A stretch of 64,000 nucleotides of DNA from Edaphobacter sp. (lineage in GTDB: Bacteria > Acidobacteriota > Terriglobia > Terriglobales > Acidobacteriaceae), in assembly GCA_035570955.1 (NCBI GenBank), contig DATMKY010000035.1:16782-80781 (forward strand), given 5' to 3'. Shown here one piece after another: positions 59,027 to 64,000 of this stretch (positions within the stretch are counted from its first letter, which is position 1; each line of letters begins with the position of its first letter). The notes below the pieces were generated by a model that was not told the DNA's origin, did not search any database, and saw only the letters and a list, made by a program, of their open reading frames with translations. A program made the position numbers and the translations under genes.

Positions 59027-60337
59027 ATGAATCGTCGGATTGCAATTTCCAGTCTCGTATTCCTATTGCTCCTCGCCGCACCAAACGTTGCAGTTGCGCA
59101 GAGCTACGCCAGGTCGCCAGCTACTCAAGCGCAACTGGCGACCTGGCGTACTGACATTCGGAAGACGCTCTACATCCCCGAAGCACTCCCTGCTCTCAAT
59201 CCGCAAAGTTTCGGCAGGTTTTCTCCGGAGTCAGGGGTTGTCGCCGAGAGACTCCTCTACTCGACGACCTACGGAATGCGCGTGGCGGCAATCCTTTACC
59301 GACCCGAACATCCCAAAGGAAAGATTCCCGCCTACGTCCTCATCAACGGACACGGCGGCGACAAATATAGTTGGTACGCCACGTACACAGGAGTTCTCTT
59401 CGCACGAGGAGGAGCTGCCGTCCTTACTTACGATCCTCTAGGCGAGGGCGAAAGCAACATCGAGCGAAGGTCTCACACCCGCGCACACGACTTCGTCGTC
59501 GACATCCCCAGCATTCCTCAGCGTTTAACTGGCTTCATGGTAGCCGAAGCGATGCAGGGCATCAGCTATCTACAGCAACGCTCCGAGATGGATCCGCAGC
59601 GTGTATCAATTCTGGCCTACTCGATGGGAACCTACATTGGAGTTTTGGCCGGCGCCGTTGATCCCCGCATCGACGCGGTCGTCTTGTCAGCCGGCGGAAA
59701 TCTCGACGGCCCTAAAGGTTATTGGGACAGCGGCAAACCGATGTGTCAGGGAGGATCTTACACGGCATTAATTCCGGTCCTTGGCGATCGGGGAGCGGTA
59801 ATCTACGCACTCAATCAGCAGCGAGGGACAACTTTCATCATGAACGGTACCGCGGACAGCCTCATCACGAAGCCCAACACACAACAGCCGTTCTTCGACG
59901 ACCTTGCCAAACGCGTCGTCGAGATCACCGGAACGAAAAAAAGCTTGTTTGAAACCTACTGGTTCCAGGATGCTGGTCATCGTCCAAGTTGGGACACCAG
60001 GCCTTCCATGCTCTGGATTGAAGATCATATTGGATTTCCGAACTGGACCCGCGAACAGATACAGCAGATGCCCGAGACACACATTGGCAACTGGTTTATC
60101 AAAACCAACGCCGATGTCGAAACGGAGTTCCGGACAGAAAAGAGCGAGGCAGGGATCAACGCCTTGGGCATCAACGTTCCCGCGATTCCAAGGACGCAGT
60201 TGAATGTCCTCCCAGACAGCGCATGGCCTGACCGGAATCACTCATTAATCTATGAAACATGGCTCGGCCGAGCCTCGTCAGACGGATCATCAGGCATTCA
60301 GGCGTCGTCACGAAGTAAAGCAGACTTGCTCTATTAA
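59027..60337 (+). CDS. secreted alpha/beta hydrolase (acetylxylan-esterase-like)
   Basis: Signal peptide, NGHGG, YDPLGEGE, AYSMG nucleophile, GTAD, AGH. Confidence 0.7.
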   Translation: MNRRIAISSLVFLLLLAAPNVAVAQSYARSPATQAQLATWRTDIRKTLYIPEALPALNPQSFGRFSPESGVVAERLLYSTTYGMRVAAILYRPEHPKGKIPAYVLINGHGGDKYSWYATYTGVLFARGGAAVLTYDPLGEGESNIERRSHTRAHDFVVDIPSIPQRLTGFMVAEAMQGISYLQQRSEMDPQRVSILAYSMGTYIGVLAGAVDPRIDAVVLSAGGNLDGPKGYWDSGKPMCQGGSYTALIPVLGDRGAVIYALNQQRGTTFIMNGTADSLITKPNTQQPFFDDLAKRVVEITGTKKSLFETYWFQDAGHRPSWDTRPSMLWIEDHIGFPNWTREQIQQMPETHIGNWFIKTNADVETEFRTEKSEAGINALGINVPAIPRTQLNVLPDSAWPDRNHSLIYETWLGRASSDGSSGIQASSRSKADLLY

Positions 60338-60392
60338 ATTCACATAAAACCCGCGCCAATCCAGCTCAAAACATTGATATTCTGTTAGGGCT

Positions 60393-61460
60393 ATGCCAAC
60401 TAAAAAAGAACTCCTCCAGCGCCCCATCCAGCACCTCGACATCAAGCAGCACAACGTAGTCGCAATCGTCGATGCGATGGGCAACATGGCCTACTCCGCG
60501 CGTGACACCTACCGCGCCGCCAACATCTACGACATGATGCTCCGCGACACCGACTGCGGCGTCATCCTCTGCCTCGCAGGCTCGCTGATCTCCGCTGGCC
60601 TTCAGAAGATCTTCGTCGACCTCATCCGCAACAACATGGTTGACGCCATTGTCTCCACCGGAGCCAACATCGTCGATCAGGACTTCTTCGAAGCCCTCGG
60701 CTTCAACCACTACATCGCCGGCGACGAGTACAAATACGGGGCAGGTGATGCCGATCTCCGCGAGCTGATGATCGATCGCATCTATGACACCTTCATCGAT
60801 GAGGAAGAGCTCCGCATCTGCGACGAGACCACTCACCAGATCACCAACTCCCTCGACCCGCGCCCCTACTCCTCGCGCGAGTTCATCCAGGCCATGGGCA
60901 AATACCTGGCCGACAACGGCAAAACCCCACAAGCCGGTGGCCGCGACTCCATCGTCCTCGCCGCCTACGAGAAGAACGTCCCCATCTTCTGCCCAGCCTT
61001 CTCCGACTGCTCCGCCGGCTTCGGCCTCGTCGCCCATCAGCACGAGCGTCAGGGCAAAAAGATGGTCTCGATCGACTCCGCCAAGGACTTCTACGAGATC
61101 ACCCAGCTCAAGATTGCCAATCCGACCACCGGCCTCCTGATGATCGGCGGCGGCGTCCCCAAAAACTTTGCGCAGGACATCGTCGTAGCCGCCGACATCC
61201 TCGGTGTTGAAGCTTCCATGCACAAGTACGCCATCCAGATCACCGTCGCGGACGCCCGCGACGGTGCCCTCTCCGGGTCCACCCTCAAGGAAGCCTCCAG
61301 CTGGGGCAAGGTCGATCTCACCTATGAGCAGATGGTCTACTCCGAAGCTACTCTCGCTCTGCCTCTAATCACCGGTTACGCCTTCCACAAGAATGCTCAA
61401 GCCGCCCGAGCCGGAAAAAAATGGGCCACTATTCTCGATCAGGTTCCCGTTTCGGCTTAG
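60393..61460 (+). CDS. deoxyhypusine-synthase-like protein (SpeY/homospermidine pathway)
   Basis: VSTGAN, DRIYD, GGGVPKN, DGALSG, EASSWGK (catalytic Lys), EATLALP. Confidence 0.88.
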   Translation: MPTKKELLQRPIQHLDIKQHNVVAIVDAMGNMAYSARDTYRAANIYDMMLRDTDCGVILCLAGSLISAGLQKIFVDLIRNNMVDAIVSTGANIVDQDFFEALGFNHYIAGDEYKYGAGDADLRELMIDRIYDTFIDEEELRICDETTHQITNSLDPRPYSSREFIQAMGKYLADNGKTPQAGGRDSIVLAAYEKNVPIFCPAFSDCSAGFGLVAHQHERQGKKMVSIDSAKDFYEITQLKIANPTTGLLMIGGGVPKNFAQDIVVAADILGVEASMHKYAIQITVADARDGALSGSTLKEASSWGKVDLTYEQMVYSEATLALPLITGYAFHKNAQAARAGKKWATILDQVPVSA

Positions 61461-61476
61461 TCGTCTTTTGTCTGAA

Positions 61477-61527
61477 AAGTGTAAAAAATGGCTGTTATTT
61501 TGCGAAAAATGACAGCCATTTGCACTT
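61477..61527 (+). other. long stem-loop downstream of the DHS-like gene
   Basis: aaatggctgttatttt-GCGA-aaaatgacagccattt (16-bp stem with one G-U pair), extendable by aagtgt/gcactt. Confidence 0.7.
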
Positions 61528-61866
61528 AAGGTTGCATCCCAGTTACTTCCGTCCTATTGCCTCCTCTGGCACTCCCCTTCTGTGTTATTGCCGCTTTAGC
61601 AAAATTTCTGTCATTCTCAGCGTGCTGTCCTCATTCCTGCAACCACAACAAAGCAGGAGCGATCTTGGCGTCTAACCGGGCGCTGACAAGCGAAAAGCCA
61701 GATCGATGCCATCATGGATAACCCTCTTTGATGACATCAACAGTCCTTTTCACGGCTGTCAATACCAACAGTTATTAGCTACAAAAATTGAAATATTTTG
61801 CATCGGTCACCACAAATAGTTACCAAATTGGTTCACCACTAGTTACGATAGGTCACCGGCAATCCA

Positions 61867-63573
61867 ATGCATATTGTTCCGCTACTTGGTTATCTCTCTC
61901 TGCTCACGACCTCGGCCATTTTGCTGATTGCCTTTCTACGGGGACAGCGCACAACGCGCGAACTCGCTGAACAATTAACCAAAGCCAGGGAACAGCACCA
62001 TCAGCACACGCTGCAACTTAGTCAGCGCTCCGAACTCGATACCTTAAAGGACGAGTTCATCTCCACCGTCTCCCATGAGCTCCGTACCCCCCTCACCAGC
62101 ATTCGTGGAGCTCTCGGCCTTCTCTCCTCCGGCATTATCGGAGACGTCGACGCCAAAGCGCTCAATCTGCTCCGCATCGCCGTCACCAACACCGACCGCC
62201 TCATCCGCCTCATCAACGACATCCTCGATCTCGAGCGTATGGAATCCGGACGAGCGCCTCTCCAGATCCGACGTTGCTCTCTCCGCGAGCTTGCTCAGCA
62301 GGCAATCGACACAATGACCCCGATGGCCGACGCCAACTCCGTCCATCTAGCTCTAGAGCCCTCTACAGTCGCCCAGGCAGCCTATCCCGAGGCTCTCTTC
62401 TTCGATGGCGACGCCGACCGCATCCTTCAGGTCCTTACCAACCTCCTTTCCAACGCCATCAAGTTTTCCCCGGCAGCTTCTACGGTGCGTATCTACACCG
62501 AAGCCACCTCCGATTCAATCCTTCTCAAGGTCGTTGACGAAGGCCGCGGTATTCCGACCGACAAGCTCGACACCATCTTTGATCGCTTCCAGCAGATCGA
62601 GCCCAACGACGCCCGCCAGAAAGGAGGCACCGGCCTCGGCCTGGCCATCTGTCGCAGCATCGTTCAGCAGCACAGCGGCTCCATCTGGGCACAGCGTAAC
62701 CTCGGCCTCGGAACCACACTCTACGTCATGCTTCCCCGCACCACCCGCTCGACCGACGTCTCCGCTCCCACGACTTCAGTACCAACTCGTGGCGAAGGCG
62801 CAATCCTGGTCTGCGATGACGACGCCAGCATCCGCACCGTAGTCTCGGAGCACCTCAACCGCCAGGGTTACACTGTCATCGAAGCTGCCTCCGGCGAGCA
62901 GGCACTTGTCCTCGCCGCCGAACATCATGTCGAAGCGATTCTCCTCGACCTCTATATGCCCGGGCTCAGCGGATGGGAGACCCTGCAGCGCCTTCGCAAC
63001 AATCCCATCACTGCGAATATCCCGGTCGTAGTTCTCAGCGTACTCTCCTCAACTCTCCGTCCTCAGCTCACGGGCGACGCGCAGGGCTGGGTGCAGAAGC
63101 CCTTCAACGAAAACCTTCTCTTCGCCGAACTCGGCCGGGTCCTCCATCACGGAGACGGCCCCGCTCATATCCTCCTCGTCGAAGACGATGACGATCTTGC
63201 CAGCGTACTCACGGCCAGCTTCCAGAATGCCGCTGTCCGTATCGATCACGTCTCGTCGCGTCAACAGGCGATCCGTCAGTGCATCACCCGGCCCCCTGAT
63301 CTGCTCATCCTCGACCTCACCCTGCCCGATGGCGACGGTTTTTCCCTCGTCGAGTGGCTTCGCCAGCAGCCTACTCTCCGCGCCCTGCCGATGGTCGTCT
63401 ACTCTGGCCGTGAGATATCCGAGCCCGAAATGGCTCAACTTCGCCTTGGGCCCACCGAGTTCCTCACCAAGGCCAAGGTCCAGCCACACGAGGTCGAAGA
63501 ACTTGTCATCTCCATGGTTCACCGCATCAAGACCCGCTTTGCCGATCTCGTCACTGCGGGCCCAGCCGCCTGA
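61867..63573 (+). CDS. hybrid histidine kinase (TM-HisKA-HATPase-REC-REC)
   Basis: SHELRTPL, NLLSNAIKF, DEGRGI, GGTGLGL; two receiver domains (LDLYMP, LDLTLP). Confidence 0.92.
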   Translation: MHIVPLLGYLSLLTTSAILLIAFLRGQRTTRELAEQLTKAREQHHQHTLQLSQRSELDTLKDEFISTVSHELRTPLTSIRGALGLLSSGIIGDVDAKALNLLRIAVTNTDRLIRLINDILDLERMESGRAPLQIRRCSLRELAQQAIDTMTPMADANSVHLALEPSTVAQAAYPEALFFDGDADRILQVLTNLLSNAIKFSPAASTVRIYTEATSDSILLKVVDEGRGIPTDKLDTIFDRFQQIEPNDARQKGGTGLGLAICRSIVQQHSGSIWAQRNLGLGTTLYVMLPRTTRSTDVSAPTTSVPTRGEGAILVCDDDASIRTVVSEHLNRQGYTVIEAASGEQALVLAAEHHVEAILLDLYMPGLSGWETLQRLRNNPITANIPVVVLSVLSSTLRPQLTGDAQGWVQKPFNENLLFAELGRVLHHGDGPAHILLVEDDDDLASVLTASFQNAAVRIDHVSSRQQAIRQCITRPPDLLILDLTLPDGDGFSLVEWLRQQPTLRALPMVVYSGREISEPEMAQLRLGPTEFLTKAKVQPHEVEELVISMVHRIKTRFADLVTAGPAA

Positions 63574-63647
63574 TTCGGGACTAAACCGGGCCGAAATTAG
63601 CGAGTTACCTCCTATCCCATGCATCGCATGAGAAAATGGATTCGCTC

Positions 63648-64000
63648 ATGCGACGCGTTTTGATCATTGACGACGAAGACGATATCCGGGAAGTAGCTGC
63701 ACTCTCTCTTGAAGCCACAGCCGGCTGGCAGATTCTCACCGCAAGCTCCGGAGCTGAAGGTATCTCCGTTGCCGCCGCCGAAAGGCCTGACGCCATCCTC
63801 ATGGATGTCATGATGCCCGGCGTCGATGGTCCCACCACCTTCAGCGCCATGCAACAAAACCCCGCCATCTCCCACATCCCCGTCCTGTTGCTCACGGCTA
63901 AAGTTCAGGGAGCCGACACCCGCCGCTTTGCCGGCCTGGGCCTGGCTGGAATCCTCTTCAAACCCTTCGATCCCCTCACTCTCGCCGATCAGATCTCTCA
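63648..64000 (+). CDS. response regulator receiver protein (3' end runs off the window)
   Basis: Translated by hand: MRRVLIIDDEDDIRE...ILMDVMMPGVDG...LLTAK...KPFDP. Confidence 0.88.
   Translation, partial: MRRVLIIDDEDDIREVAALSLEATAGWQILTASSGAEGISVAAAERPDAILMDVMMPGVDGPTTFSAMQQNPAISHIPVLLLTAKVQGADTRRFAGLGLAGILFKPFDPLTLADQIS

Noticed and set aside
1-64000. CRISPR arrays, tRNA/rRNA genes, IS elements, prophage or recognisable defence systems
   Set aside because: No regularly spaced repeats, cloverleaf-like sequence, transposase, integrase or known defence domains were seen by eye.

Overview
Bacterial chromosome segment, most consistent with a subdivision-1 Acidobacterium (Edaphobacter/Granulicella-like). 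That is inferred from the Oar-type TonB receptor, the PEP-CTERM protein and the gene content; it is not proven. The window holds about 48 protein-coding genes, and I saw no rRNA, tRNA, CRISPR array, integrase or IS element. Housekeeping genes: tdh, DAHP synthase, gltX, alaC, kdsD-like, proS, class A PBP, pncB and a deoxyhypusine-synthase-like gene. Functional clusters: an lhr-nei repair pair, a receptor-less cheA-W-Y-B-R operon, nucleoside salvage genes (cdd, pdp, nupC, punA) separated by accessory blocks, and an olsB-like GNAT flanked by two acyltransferases. The best candidate for an undescribed system is a translationally coupled pair of a cytoplasmic His/Cys-rich BNR beta-propeller and a MoaD/ubiquitin-like protein, followed by DoxX and located beside a divergent NIPSNAP/ArsR pair; its Ubl Gly-Gly is masked by a 6-residue tail. 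Other notable items are a VOC-PP2C fusion next to a flavin monooxygenase, an orphan 558-aa propeller protein, and a G>C to C>G skew reversal in the first ~12 kb that suggests a nearby replication terminus or inversion breakpoint. All family assignments come from motif recognition by eye; no database searches were run.
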